Positions 1 to 7,860 are shown, counted from the stretch's first letter. The stretch is DNA of 24,049 bases from a virus (IMGVR_UViG_3300025839_000054:1-24049), one strand, 5' to 3'. The notes: a model not told the origin generated them from the sequence alone. Numbers and translations: made by a program.

Positions 1-78
1 GAAAGGCCCTAGATGCTCGGTAGCCTCTAACAATATCTCAAAAGCCTCCCCTTCTATAATTTGTTTTACTGTATTCAT
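1..78 (-). CDS. 5' part of a gene running off the window (MNTVKQIIEGEAFEILLEATEHLGPF...); possibly a DNA methyltransferase N-terminus
   Basis: Manual translation from ATG at 78, open to base 1. IIEGEAFEIL loosely resembles the IIxGDxLExL start of N4/N6 methyltransferases; only 26 aa are visible. Confidence 0.35.
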   Translation of the reverse strand, partial: MNTVKQIIEGEAFEILLEATEHLGPF

Positions 79-136
79 ATTATCGTTTTTTCTTTTAGTC
101 TCATTCGCGCCTTCCACCACCGCGCTTTCAGACTAC

Positions 137-487
137 CTAGGCTTTCTTCGTAGGTGTAAATCGTATAGACTCACTCTCCTTGATGATAACCTCCGCAATT
201 CCCTCTTTTTCTTCCTTATCCTTTAGTTTATTAACAGGCGTAAGTATTGTGGTTGTGTATTCTTCGATAACTTTTTTTGCTTCTGATTCCAATTTAATAA
301 AATCCTCACTGTATTTGTAGCTCTTTGACTCGCGCTTTACGTAAGAAATCGTGCCAGCAGGCGTTACGTAATTTTGATCAGTGCTTGCCTTTAGTTCGTC
401 GAGCATCTTACCCTCAACTTCACGGCGTTCAATTTCTAGGTTATCCAGTAACTCTCGTATTTGTATGTAACGTTCGTATATTTGCAT
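137..487 (-). CDS. Hypothetical phage protein (116 aa, charged, coiled-coil N-terminus)
   Basis: ORF with a strong SD (AAGGAGGTGA, ~495-504 minus), co-oriented downstream of the ERF gene. Confidence 0.8.
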   Translation of the reverse strand: MQIYERYIQIRELLDNLEIERREVEGKMLDELKASTDQNYVTPAGTISYVKRESKSYKYSEDFIKLESEAKKVIEEYTTTILTPVNKLKDKEEKEGIAEVIIKESESIRFTPTKKA

Positions 488-513
488 TTTGTGTTCACCT
501 CCTTAATTCCCTC

Positions 514-544
514 ATCCCTGCCCGCTCATCGTTACGGGCAGGAT
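514..544. other. Intergenic stem-loop (CCTGCCCG / CGGGCAGG, 10-nt loop)
   Basis: Perfect 8-bp GC-rich inverted repeat at 517-524 / 535-542 between erf and the next gene. No U-tract follows on the minus strand. Confidence 0.55.
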
Positions 545-555
545 CAGAAAACTAA

Positions 556-1368
556 CTAAAACGGCAATTCCGTCCCATTCTCCGCCTTCTCAATCTCTTG
601 CTTTTTTGCTTCCACTTCCTCATCCTTTGGCTTAAATTGCTCAACCTGCGCCACTGCATTCCTGCCGTACTTATCGAGCACACTAGAAGCTTCTCGCGCC
701 GTTAATTCTTTCAAGCTTACAATTGGTCGTTTAACAAACTCGCTAATCCACTTCTTCTGCTCCACCACGTCCTTAATTCCAACCGTGTGAGTTATCGCCG
801 AAGCAACCGCCCTCTGTTGGTTAAGAGTTGCCGTGTATTCGGTGGGCTTTTTAGCCTCGCTTCCTACCGAGATGGTAGATTGTTCAACTTTCGGTGTTTC
901 GTTTGTTTTAGGTGCCTTCTGGCTTGTCTGAGACACCGTGTTACCACTCGCATCATTCGCGTCGTCGTCCTCCTCTGTCACTAATCCAAGAATTGCGCTA
1001 TATGCGTACCTTCTGTAGTAGGTTATCAACCCTCCGAGCTTTTGGGGATCGGCAGGTTCAAACTTAATTGGGGTTTCGGACCCGATAAACTCGCCCGAAG
1101 CATGGCACAAAATCGTTGTAAGTGATTTGTCACCAAGTAATTGCGTTACGGATAGCCCGTTTTTAGCTAGAGTTGGTTTGACTTCTTCTACGATTACTTC
1201 CATAGGCGCATAAGCAAAGGTGTACTTTCCGCCCTTGAGTGTCGTTACCTCCACATCTTTGCCACGTCCGATTGCATTAACCTCACCTTGAAATTTACTA
1301 AATGCCGTAAATAATTCTTTTGTTGTATCGCTTCTGTATATTGTTTTGTTTTCCATTTTGTTTTTCAC
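556..1368 (-). CDS. erf: ERF-family single-strand annealing protein (phage recombinase)
   Basis: ERF motifs: YTFAYAPME...VKPTLAKNGLSVTQ, TILCHASGEF, PQKLGGLITYYRRYAYSAILGLVTEEDDDAN. True start may be ATG 1356. Confidence 0.9.
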   Translation of the reverse strand: MKNKMENKTIYRSDTTKELFTAFSKFQGEVNAIGRGKDVEVTTLKGGKYTFAYAPMEVIVEEVKPTLAKNGLSVTQLLGDKSLTTILCHASGEFIGSETPIKFEPADPQKLGGLITYYRRYAYSAILGLVTEEDDDANDASGNTVSQTSQKAPKTNETPKVEQSTISVGSEAKKPTEYTATLNQQRAVASAITHTVGIKDVVEQKKWISEFVKRPIVSLKELTAREASSVLDKYGRNAVAQVEQFKPKDEEVEAKKQEIEKAENGTELPF

Positions 1369-1372
1369 CCCC

Positions 1373-1609
1373 TTAGATTTTAATTTGTTCTAGTTCTTGC
1401 ATTGGATTGCCCATAAAATCGTCAAACCTTTCGCAGTATGTCTTGGATTTTATTATCGCCAACTTAACTCGTAACTCGCTGTTCAGCCTCGCGCATTCGT
1501 CTAGCGTGAGTAGTCCGGCGTAGTAGCAATCACGGTAAAAGTCCCCCATGAATCCGCCCTGATGCTTCGCTTTGAGTTGTGGTAAACTATAAACTGTTTT
1601 GTTTTTCAT
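1373..1609 (-). CDS. Hypothetical protein (78 aa from MKNKTVY; the track starts it at 1663)
   Basis: Co-oriented ORF ending 4 nt before erf; ATG 1609 preferred as start. Confidence 0.65.
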   Translation of the reverse strand: MKNKTVYSLPQLKAKHQGGFMGDFYRDCYYAGLLTLDECARLNSELRVKLAIIKSKTYCERFDDFMGNPMQELEQIKI

Positions 1610-1770
1610 TTTTATTTGGTGCGGGGGGTGTACGGTACTTTTGCAGGTTACCCGTTTTGTCACTCACCCCCGCATTATTAATTCTCTTAATTATCTAATT
1701 CCTACTTCCAACGGCTCCGTCCTACTTTCAGCTCGTGCCTATCCTCAAACCGCACCGTGGGAGGTGGGGA

Positions 1771-1890
1771 CTAAAATGTTATTCCTCCCGCAAGTATCGC
1801 TATCGCTATTGTTACAACTATCACTATCAATCCCGATGTGCTATTTTCTCTTGGCTTTAAGTCGTTGTAGGTTTGTGTGTGTTTAGTCAT
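1771..1890 (-). CDS. Small single-pass membrane peptide (39 aa, MTKHTQTYNDLKPRENSTSGLIVIVVTIAIAILAGGITF)
   Basis: Manual translation, not in the ORF track. ATG lies 2 nt after the stop of the RHH gene; hydrophobic C-terminal half. Confidence 0.6.
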   Translation of the reverse strand: MTKHTQTYNDLKPRENSTSGLIVIVVTIAIAILAGGITF

Positions 1891-1892
1891 GT

Positions 1893-2111
1893 TTACTCCT
1901 CAATCCCCATGTACTTGCGAATGTATGCGTCTAATGCATCTCGTTTATTCTTTTGGTTGTACGCCCCAGAAGCTACATATAACTCGAAAGCATCTCGCAC
2001 AATCTCTGCCTCATCCTTCCCCAACTCTTTGCTTAACTTCGCGAGTATGAGCACATACTCTTTTGTGAACCATACGTTTTTGCGTTTGCCTTCTTTTGTA
2101 TTAACTCTCAT
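1893..2111 (-). CDS. Ribbon-helix-helix (CopG/Arc-like) DNA-binding protein
   Basis: 72 aa; beta strand KRKNVWF, helix LILAKLSKELG, then EAEIVRDAFELY, matching the RHH pattern. Confidence 0.75.
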   Translation of the reverse strand: MRVNTKEGKRKNVWFTKEYVLILAKLSKELGKDEAEIVRDAFELYVASGAYNQKNKRDALDAYIRKYMGIEE

Positions 2112-2146
2112 GTGATTAATATACTACATACATCACAATACATCAA
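2112..2146 (-). promoter_or_regulatory. Sigma70-type promoter TTGATG-N17-TATATT for a leaderless RHH mRNA, overlapped by two TGATGTAT direct repeats
   Basis: -35 at 2146-2141, -10 at 2123-2118, ATG 6 nt downstream. ATACATCA (plus strand) at 2128-2135 and 2138-2145. Confidence 0.6.
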
Positions 2147-2532
2147 GGAGCAATTTCCCTCGCCAAATCAAGGTTTTCCGCCGTATCCATAAAATCACCA
2201 TCGTATTTTGTGCGGTATTCGGTAATTAACTTCTCGTAAGCTTCGGCCTTTAGGGTTGACTTGTCGTCGGACCATGTTTCCCAGTTTTGGTCTAGTTCGA
2301 TACGGAGGGTACGGATCTGGGCAAGTAGGGCTTCTCGCGGTGTCTCATCAAATTTAGCGAGCTTTTTAATTTCGTTTTTTGAAACATCTTCCATGTTTTT
2401 AATACTCTCTTGTATGAGTGGGTTGGTTGTATCCATATTTTCTATATTTCTGATAATCAGTCTCGTTTGTAAAATATCCTGGATTAACCATTCGCGTTCT
2501 TCTTGTTTATTGAGAAATGGTAGGTTTTGCAT
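2143..2532 (-). CDS. Hypothetical alpha-helical protein (track start 2553; ATG 2532 likely)
   Basis: Overlaps the helicase stop, co-oriented; no recognisable motif. Confidence 0.7.
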   Translation of the reverse strand: MQNLPFLNKQEEREWLIQDILQTRLIIRNIENMDTTNPLIQESIKNMEDVSKNEIKKLAKFDETPREALLAQIRTLRIELDQNWETWSDDKSTLKAEAYEKLITEYRTKYDGDFMDTAENLDLAREIAP

Positions 2533-3388
2533 ATGGTTTGAGTAGTCCACCATCGAAGGTGAGCATTATCATCCCTGTTTCTCCCTCGCGTCTATTTTTC
2601 TTGATGTACAACATCGATTTACCGGTTTTTACGTCGGGGTCGTTCTTCATTCGTTCCGAATGAATCATGTATACCTGATCTGCCTCTTGAGCAATAAAAG
2701 AACTATCTCGCAAATCTGAAAGTTTGGGTCGTTCGCCCTCCTCAATCTTGGTGGTGTGGGCAATCAGAAATATAACCACGTTCAATCGTATCGCTAACTT
2801 TTTTAACTCTCGCATCGCCGCACCAATCATGAGCGAGCTATTAGAGTTTTGAAAATCTTTCATTTCAAGAAGGTAGTGTAGGTGGTCTATGCACACAACT
2901 TGTGCATTATGCTTAACCTGGGCCTCCTCGATTTTCTCGACAATCCACTGAAATGTAACCATGTCGGCATTTTCGCGGGGCAATGCAAATATGGGGATAC
3001 CCTCACGACTCTGGCTAAACCGTGAGAGAAATGTTTTCATGTTCACCTCGAAAGAAAACCACACGGGCATAACCCCTTGGTTCACCATATCTACACTAAG
3101 GCTCTGTAGTACCGTTGTTTTACCCTCACCGGTTGCACCCGACACAACTACCAACTCACCGGGTTCCCATCCGTTTACAACCGCTTGTAACCCCTTCCAT
3201 GTACTATCTATTCGTGGATGTTCTGGCTCTTTTTGCAATTCATCATACAGTTCAACAGAAGTGACCACTCGATCAGGGCCGTTGTATTCCTTCAAATAAC
3301 CGAGGCGGGCTAGTCGTATGTTACTTTCCGCCATAAGCTTATCAATCTGTTCGGGGGTGTAGTCATCAAGTTTCGTTACGTTAATCAT
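2507..3388 (-). CDS. DnaB-like (SF4) replicative helicase, C-terminal ATPase domain only
   Basis: PGELVVVSGATGEGKT (Walker A), FSFE, VCIDHLH (Walker B), DLRDSSFIAQEADQV, KNR arginine finger. Confidence 0.92.
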   Translation of the reverse strand: MINVTKLDDYTPEQIDKLMAESNIRLARLGYLKEYNGPDRVVTSVELYDELQKEPEHPRIDSTWKGLQAVVNGWEPGELVVVSGATGEGKTTVLQSLSVDMVNQGVMPVWFSFEVNMKTFLSRFSQSREGIPIFALPRENADMVTFQWIVEKIEEAQVKHNAQVVCIDHLHYLLEMKDFQNSNSSLMIGAAMRELKKLAIRLNVVIFLIAHTTKIEEGERPKLSDLRDSSFIAQEADQVYMIHSERMKNDPDVKTGKSMLYIKKNRREGETGMIMLTFDGGLLKPYAKPTISQ

Positions 3389-4116
3389 GATTGTTCCTCC
3401 ATTTTCTGGAAGTCATCGGCAAGGGCGTTAGTTTTGCGGTTAAGTAAGGAACCTATCCTGTCCACCGGCTCGCCACTTGGTCCTGTACGCCTTAAAAGGA
3501 TGATAGGGTCAATCTTGTCCCTCCAAAACGAATCAGTACGTGCATTCTCCATGGCCTGCACAATCTCGTCGGCCGTGTAATCCTCTAGCCAATACGTGAG
3601 GTTCTTCTCAAACCCCCTGTAGCTTCGGAGAGACTTCGAGAAGATGCGATTGTATTCCGAGAGGATGTACGAGCACGCTCCTGTATTTTCCTTATTTTCT
3701 TTGTTTTCCTTATTCTCCTTATTGTTTGTTGTCATCTGCTTGTCATCTGCTTGTCGCTTGCTTGTCATCTGCTTGACCTCCTGCTTGTCAACGCTTTGAT
3801 ATAGATCATAGTTATTTACCGTTATGATGGTGTATTTATTGGTTGACTTGCTTGTCAACTCGCCTGTCGATTTTAGCTTATTTATCGCAGTTCGTACCTG
3901 CCTTACTGACAAACTACTTTCCTTTCCTGATAATTCTTGGCTCAAATGTTGATACGAAGTAAGGAGTTGCCCACGCTTAATTTCAATCCCCTGCCACCTT
4001 GCATCTTTGTGGTTTGCAAATATTATCAAGTGAAGAAAAACTGCCTTGACGTTCATGTCCTTGTACCACTCCCATTCTGCAATAGACCTATGGATACTTA
4101 CCCAGCCATTATTCAC
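3385..4116 (-). CDS. Phage replication initiator (lambda O / replisome-organiser type)
   Basis: GWVSIHRSI..WEWY, VFLHLI..ANH, IKRGQLLTSYQHLS, VRTAINKLKSTGE, TIITVNNYDLYQ winged-helix N-terminus; internal iteron linker; directly upstream of the helicase. Confidence 0.88.
   Translation of the reverse strand: MNNGWVSIHRSIAEWEWYKDMNVKAVFLHLIIFANHKDARWQGIEIKRGQLLTSYQHLSQELSGKESSLSVRQVRTAINKLKSTGELTSKSTNKYTIITVNNYDLYQSVDKQEVKQMTSKRQADDKQMTTNNKENKENKENKENTGACSYILSEYNRIFSKSLRSYRGFEKNLTYWLEDYTADEIVQAMENARTDSFWRDKIDPIILLRRTGPSGEPVDRIGSLLNRKTNALADDFQKMEEQS
3684..3859. repeat. Putative replication origin: 11-bp iterons TTGTCATCTGC plus an AT-rich 9-bp repeat tract
   Basis: Units at 3729, 3740, 3751 (variant), 3762, 3773 (variant) and 3785 (partial). 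Pyrimidine-rich TATTTTCCT-like repeats at 3684-3719. Palindrome GTTGAC-N6-GTCAAC at 3842-3859. Confidence 0.8.
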
Positions 4117-4790
4117 AGCCGCCTCCTTATCTCTTTGATTTGTGAAGGGTTGGAGATGTACAAGTACATATTGTCTCTAGTAATGTCTTTGGCCCATACC
4201 CCTCCATTGGTACACTGACAATAGCCATCGTTAAACTCGTAGTATGGCGACTCTTCGTTTCTATAATCATAAATGAATGGCTTGCTGCATGTAAGACAGG
4301 TGTTCTCAAGGAATCTAAGTTCACTCATCCATCTGGCCATTTGTTCTGAGGGACCATAAAGGCGTCTCAGGGTTTCAGCAACTAAGTGGAGCAAAAGGTA
4401 ACTGCTCTCATAGTTTTGAGTTGTCCTTGCATCTATCCACATTACAAACCATCCCATGTCCTCCAGTCTTTTTGTTCTGTCAATATCGAAATGTAACTTG
4501 TCTGCCCCAGAATGCCACTGCTTGCTTTGCACCTCTATAGCGATCTTTCTAATTGGGTCTGCAAAGTCTATGAAGTATTTTCCTGCTGGAAACTCAGGTA
4601 GAAACTTGAGACCGAAAAGCCTAATATCGTGCCACACCCCAAACTCTGCCTTTGACAGTAGAGAACCCCAGTCTCCATATTTATATGGATCTGTCCACAG
4701 GTGAGAGCCTTTTGTACTTAGTACTACCTCATCTATTGGCCATAAGGATTTATACTTGTTACGCACCTCAATACGTTGTTTATACGTCAT
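4113..4790 (-). CDS. DUF559 / Vsr-like PD-(D/E)XK endonuclease-domain protein with a Cys-rich C-terminus
   Basis: SKAE..VWHDIR..GLKFLPEFPAGKYFIDFA....KIAIEV....WH...D..R...L...GWFVMWI; CLTC and CQC near the C-terminus. ATG 4790 preferred over the track start 4856. Confidence 0.8.
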   Translation of the reverse strand: MTYKQRIEVRNKYKSLWPIDEVVLSTKGSHLWTDPYKYGDWGSLLSKAEFGVWHDIRLFGLKFLPEFPAGKYFIDFADPIRKIAIEVQSKQWHSGADKLHFDIDRTKRLEDMGWFVMWIDARTTQNYESSYLLLHLVAETLRRLYGPSEQMARWMSELRFLENTCLTCSKPFIYDYRNEESPYYEFNDGYCQCTNGGVWAKDITRDNMYLYISNPSQIKEIRRRL

Positions 4791-5079
4791 GTGGATCTCC
4801 TTTCTGATCAATATAGAACCTCCTATCCATTCCATTTTTAGTAGGGGTACTTTCAACCCTTATAAGGTTAGCTTTTTCTAATTCATTGATAAGGCGGGCG
4901 ATATAGGTAGGGTGACAATCAAGGACTACGCTTGCCTCTTTATTGGAGATTTTAATATACTCATCCTCTTTGTTTTCCCATAGATAGGTGAGAGCAGAAA
5001 ATAGGTCAATAGCTTTAGGGGTTAAACGCTCTTGCCTATTCTCCTCGATGTAGGTTATAATTGACTCATTGGAACTCAT
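4780..5079 (-). CDS. Winged helix-turn-helix DNA-binding protein
   Basis: ISNKEASVVLDCHPTYIARLINELEKANLIRVE followed by a wing. ATG 5079 lies just downstream of a good promoter, so the track start 5154 is probably too long. Confidence 0.8.
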   Translation of the reverse strand: MSSNESIITYIEENRQERLTPKAIDLFSALTYLWENKEDEYIKISNKEASVVLDCHPTYIARLINELEKANLIRVESTPTKNGMDRRFYIDQKGDPHDV

Positions 5080-5088
5080 ACTTTCAAT

Positions 5089-5127
5089 AGCATAACCCAC
5101 TTTAAAACGAAAGTCAAGAGGTGGGTT
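5089..5127 (-). promoter_or_regulatory. Leftward promoter TTGACT-N17-TATGCT with inverted repeat AACCCAC-N20-GTGGGTT bracketing the -35
   Basis: -35 at 5117-5112, -10 at 5094-5089; repeat arms at 5094-5100 and 5121-5127. Confidence 0.6.
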
Positions 5128-5189
5128 TTTGCTGATATGTAGGCTCAATCGCATTAAGGCAATAAGAATGTAGGCGCGCCGGTTCTCTC

Positions 5190-5223
5190 TTTACTTCTAT
5201 GTGATTAGTGGTATAATGTGTGG
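5190..5223 (+). promoter_or_regulatory. Rightward extended -10 promoter (TGGTATAAT) for a leaderless mRNA
   Basis: TG-G-TATAAT at 5209-5217, possible -35 TTTACT at 5190-5195, ATG at 5224 six nt after the -10. Confidence 0.65.
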
Positions 5224-5388
5224 ATGGAAAACACACACCGAAGCATCAGCATCCCCGACGAACTATATCTAGCGTTAAAAGCACAACTTGCCACTGAGGA
5301 TACCAACGTGAGCGCGTGGGTGAGGGAAATGGCACGTGAGAAACTTAAAGAAGCTATGTTGCGTAGAATAGCGGAGGAGGGCAAGTGA
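5224..5388 (+). CDS. Small ribbon-helix-helix protein (54 aa, MENTHRSISIPDELYLALKAQLATEDTNVSAWVREMAREKLKE...)
   Basis: Manual translation, not in the track. RSISIPDELY..LK......VSAWVRE is a typical RHH pattern; its stop overlaps the next start (GTGA). Confidence 0.8.
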   Translation: MENTHRSISIPDELYLALKAQLATEDTNVSAWVREMAREKLKEAMLRRIAEEGK

Positions 5389-5609
5389 GCGATGGCTATG
5401 GGTGGTACGACTCCCCGTATCCTGATACCGACCATAGGTTGGGTTGGGTGGTAATTGGGCTTCTGGTTATTTCGATGTTACTAACGCTTTTTTTTACAGG
5501 TAAAAGGAGCATGGAAAATTCATCTACAAGACCATGTGAATCTTTTGAATACTACAGTGCAGCCAACATACCAGCGCGTTGTCTTGGATATTGGAGTTTG
5601 GAAAAGTAA
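5385..5609 (+). CDS. Small single-pass membrane protein
   Basis: LGWVVIGLLVISMLLTLFF hydrophobic segment; two Cys in the C-terminal part; translationally coupled to the RHH gene. Confidence 0.7.
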   Translation: MSDGYGWYDSPYPDTDHRLGWVVIGLLVISMLLTLFFTGKRSMENSSTRPCESFEYYSAANIPARCLGYWSLEK

Positions 5610-5627
5610 TGAGGATGAGCTGATACC

Positions 5628-5798
5628 ATGGAACCAATAACATTTGAGGCAGACATCCAAGAAGTTAAAAGCATGAAAGCCAAGAACGAGCTTGACCGTA
5701 CCTATCAGATCAGACTACTCACAACCGACCCACGTATCATGGCGTTTGGGACTATTCCGGGCGACGAACCCGTTCAAATCACTATTAGTGTAGAATAG
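5628..5798 (+). CDS. Hypothetical protein (56 aa, MEPITFEADIQEVKSMKAKNELDRTYQIRLLTTDPRIMAFGTIPGDEPVQITISVE)
   Basis: Manual translation; fills the gap before terS; beta-rich pattern. Confidence 0.7.
   Translation: MEPITFEADIQEVKSMKAKNELDRTYQIRLLTTDPRIMAFGTIPGDEPVQITISVE
5786..5796 (+). promoter_or_regulatory. Late-promoter-like motif TAGTGTAGAAT, placed for leaderless terS
   Basis: Matches the TAKKGTAKAAT consensus also seen at 7798, 10333 and 17619; terS ATG is 6 nt downstream. Confidence 0.6.
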
Positions 5799-5802
5799 AG
5801 TT

Positions 5803-6162
5803 ATGGCTAGGTTAACTGTTGTTACTCCCGAAAAGATCACAGAATTAAAGACTGCTTTTGCTATCGGCTGTACTGATGAGGAAGCTTGCGCGTTCGCTAA
5901 TATTGGAACTTCTAGCTTTTACCGTCATTTAGAAGATAAACCAGAATTACGGGAGGAATTCGATAGGCTTAAAGTTTCACCCATACTAAAGGCTAAGGAC
6001 ACTGTAGTTAAGGCACTACGAAACGCTAAGGATGCACAGTGGTATTTGGAGCGTAAGGCTAAGCATGAGTTTGCTACTCGTACTGATATCACAACGGATG
6101 ATCAGCCTATTAATATCACAACCATGAACTATGTCCCAAAACAAGATGAAACAAGCGAATAG
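5803..6162 (+). CDS. terS: Terminase small subunit (HTH type)
   Basis: AFAIGCTDEEACAFANIGTSSFY HTH, AQWYLERK motif, position directly before TerL. Confidence 0.8.
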   Translation: MARLTVVTPEKITELKTAFAIGCTDEEACAFANIGTSSFYRHLEDKPELREEFDRLKVSPILKAKDTVVKALRNAKDAQWYLERKAKHEFATRTDITTDDQPINITTMNYVPKQDETSE

Positions 6163-6189
6163 TTTTTTAGGGGTGGTGGTCTTTTTCTG

Positions 6190-7510
6190 ATGTCTAATAT
6201 TACAATCCCTTACATGTACGAGCCACGGCCGTATCAAGTTAATTTGTTAGCAGCAATAGACTCTGGTATTACCAGGGCTGTAGCTGTGTGGCATCGGCGT
6301 AGATCGAGCCGGTAAAGATAAGACCCTCATTAACCTCGTAGCTAAAAAGATGATAGAGCGCGTCGGTACGTATTACTATTTCTTTCCTACTTACAAGCAA
6401 GGTAAAAAGATATTGTGGAATGGATTAGACCGTGACGGGTTCAAGTTCACCGACCATATCCCCGAAGCGATACGCAAACGTACAGACAATACCGAGATGC
6501 TTATTGAGACTATCAATGGCTCGATACTTCAAATCGTTGGTACTGACCGATACGACTCAGTTCGTGGTACTAACCCTATTGGTTGTATCTTCTCTGAGTA
6601 TTCGTACCAAGACCCTAACGCGTGGAATACGGTGCGCCCTATCCTAGCCGAGAATGGTGGATGGGCTGTGTTCAACTACACGCCAGCAGGCGATAATCAC
6701 GGCAAGGACTTATTCGAATTAGCTCAACAGTCAAAAGGTTGGTTCTGTCAAAGACTAACGGTTGATGATACTCATGTGATTACGCCTGAGATGTTGCAAC
6801 AAGAGAAAGAGGAGATTGTAAGACAGAATGGAGATGACTCATTGTTTATGCAAGAGTATTACTGTTCGTTCGATGCGCCTGTTGTTGGTTCATACTACGG
6901 TAAATGGATGACCGAGGCTGAGCGTGAGGGTCGCGTTCTCGACTTTGGTTATGAAACAAACATACCAGTACACACAGTGTGGGATTTGGGTGTTGGTGAT
7001 GCTATGTCAATTTGGTTTGTGCAGATAGCAGGTAGCGAGATTAGACTGATTGATTATATGGAGTCAGAAGGTGAAGGCCTCAACTACTATTTCAAAGAGA
7101 TGCGTGAGAAACCATACGTGTATGGTAGGCATATAGCTCCACACGATATTAAGGTTACAGAGATGACTAGTGGCATTACTCGTATCGATACGGCATCTAG
7201 TCTGGGAGTAAACTTTGAGGTGGCACCAAATGTTCCTATTGATGATGGTATCCAAGCTGTACGTTCTATTCTTAACCGTTGCTATTTCCACAAGACCAAT
7301 TGCGAACGTGGTATATCGGCCCTCAAGAACTATAAAAAACTATTTGACGATAAGCGAAAAACATACAAGAACGCACCAGACCATGACTGGTCATCACATG
7401 CTGCTGACGCTTTCAGGTACTTAGCGGTGAGCGGACTTGATGGTGGTGCAGGTAATGGAAACCCCGAAGTGTACAATAGTAAAGTAAGAACTACCCCTTC
7501 TATATGGTGA
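6190..7510 (+). pseudogene. terL: Terminase large subunit, interrupted by a 7-nt insertion (+1 frameshift) in the Walker A motif
   Basis: 6190-6300 encodes MSNITIPYMYEPRPYQ...AVAVWHRR, then AGATCGA, then AGKDKTLINL...MIERVG continuing as the 6350..7510 ORF (FPTYKQ, VRGTNP, IFSEY, YTPAG, WDLGVGD, HDWSSHAADAFRY). Confidence 0.9.
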
Positions 7511-7794
7511 CAATGGAAGAATATAGCTATGACATGGAGACTGAGAACAACGCTGAGCAAGCTGAACAGTTGTTACAGACGTTGTTTCCCGACCTTGCAA
7601 TTATCCGAGACCTGATGCTTACTCACAGGTTAGATCATACAGATATTATCGAGTTTTTTACCAATGTAGCCTTAGTTCAGCGCCGTGGGTATGGCACGGT
7701 ACAGATGGTTATAGCCGATGGAAAGATACAAAAGCATGAGGCTACGATACGAACACTTAAGATGACCGAGTCACAGCAAACGGTCAAGCCTTAG
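7504..7794 (+). CDS. Hypothetical protein with a DUF2292/YezD-like C-terminal motif
   Basis: GYGTVQMVIADGKIQ resembles the (Y/F)GxVxIxIxDGK motif; start may be 7513. Confidence 0.65.
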   Translation: MVTMEEYSYDMETENNAEQAEQLLQTLFPDLAIIRDLMLTHRLDHTDIIEFFTNVALVQRRGYGTVQMVIADGKIQKHEATIRTLKMTESQQTVKP

Positions 7795-7797
7795 GGT

Positions 7798-7858
7798 TAT
7801 GGTAGAATATAAGCAGGTAGCAGGAGAACCTTGTACCGCCTTAGAGGGCGGTTTTTTT
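7798..7858 (+). promoter_or_regulatory. Promoter-leader-terminator unit 1 (before portal)
   Basis: TATGGTAGAAT 7798-7808; AGAACCT 7825-7831; stem ACCGCC/GGCGGT 7835-7852; T-run to 7858; ATG 7861. Confidence 0.75.
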
Positions 7859-7860
7859 AT

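Noticed and set aside
1610-1770. Possible ncRNA in the ~160-nt intergenic gap
   Set aside because: No convincing stem or known RNA motif could be identified by eye; an Infernal/Rfam search would be needed.
325-4704. Plus-strand ORFs in the left arm (e.g. 325..555, 1599..1886, 2961..3299, 3937..4218)
   Set aside because: Antisense shadows of well-supported minus-strand genes, with no recognisable motifs.
5181-5189. GAGAGAACC on the minus strand as a fourth AGAAC-box unit
   Set aside because: No TAKAAT 16-17 nt upstream and no matching hairpin plus T-run directly downstream.
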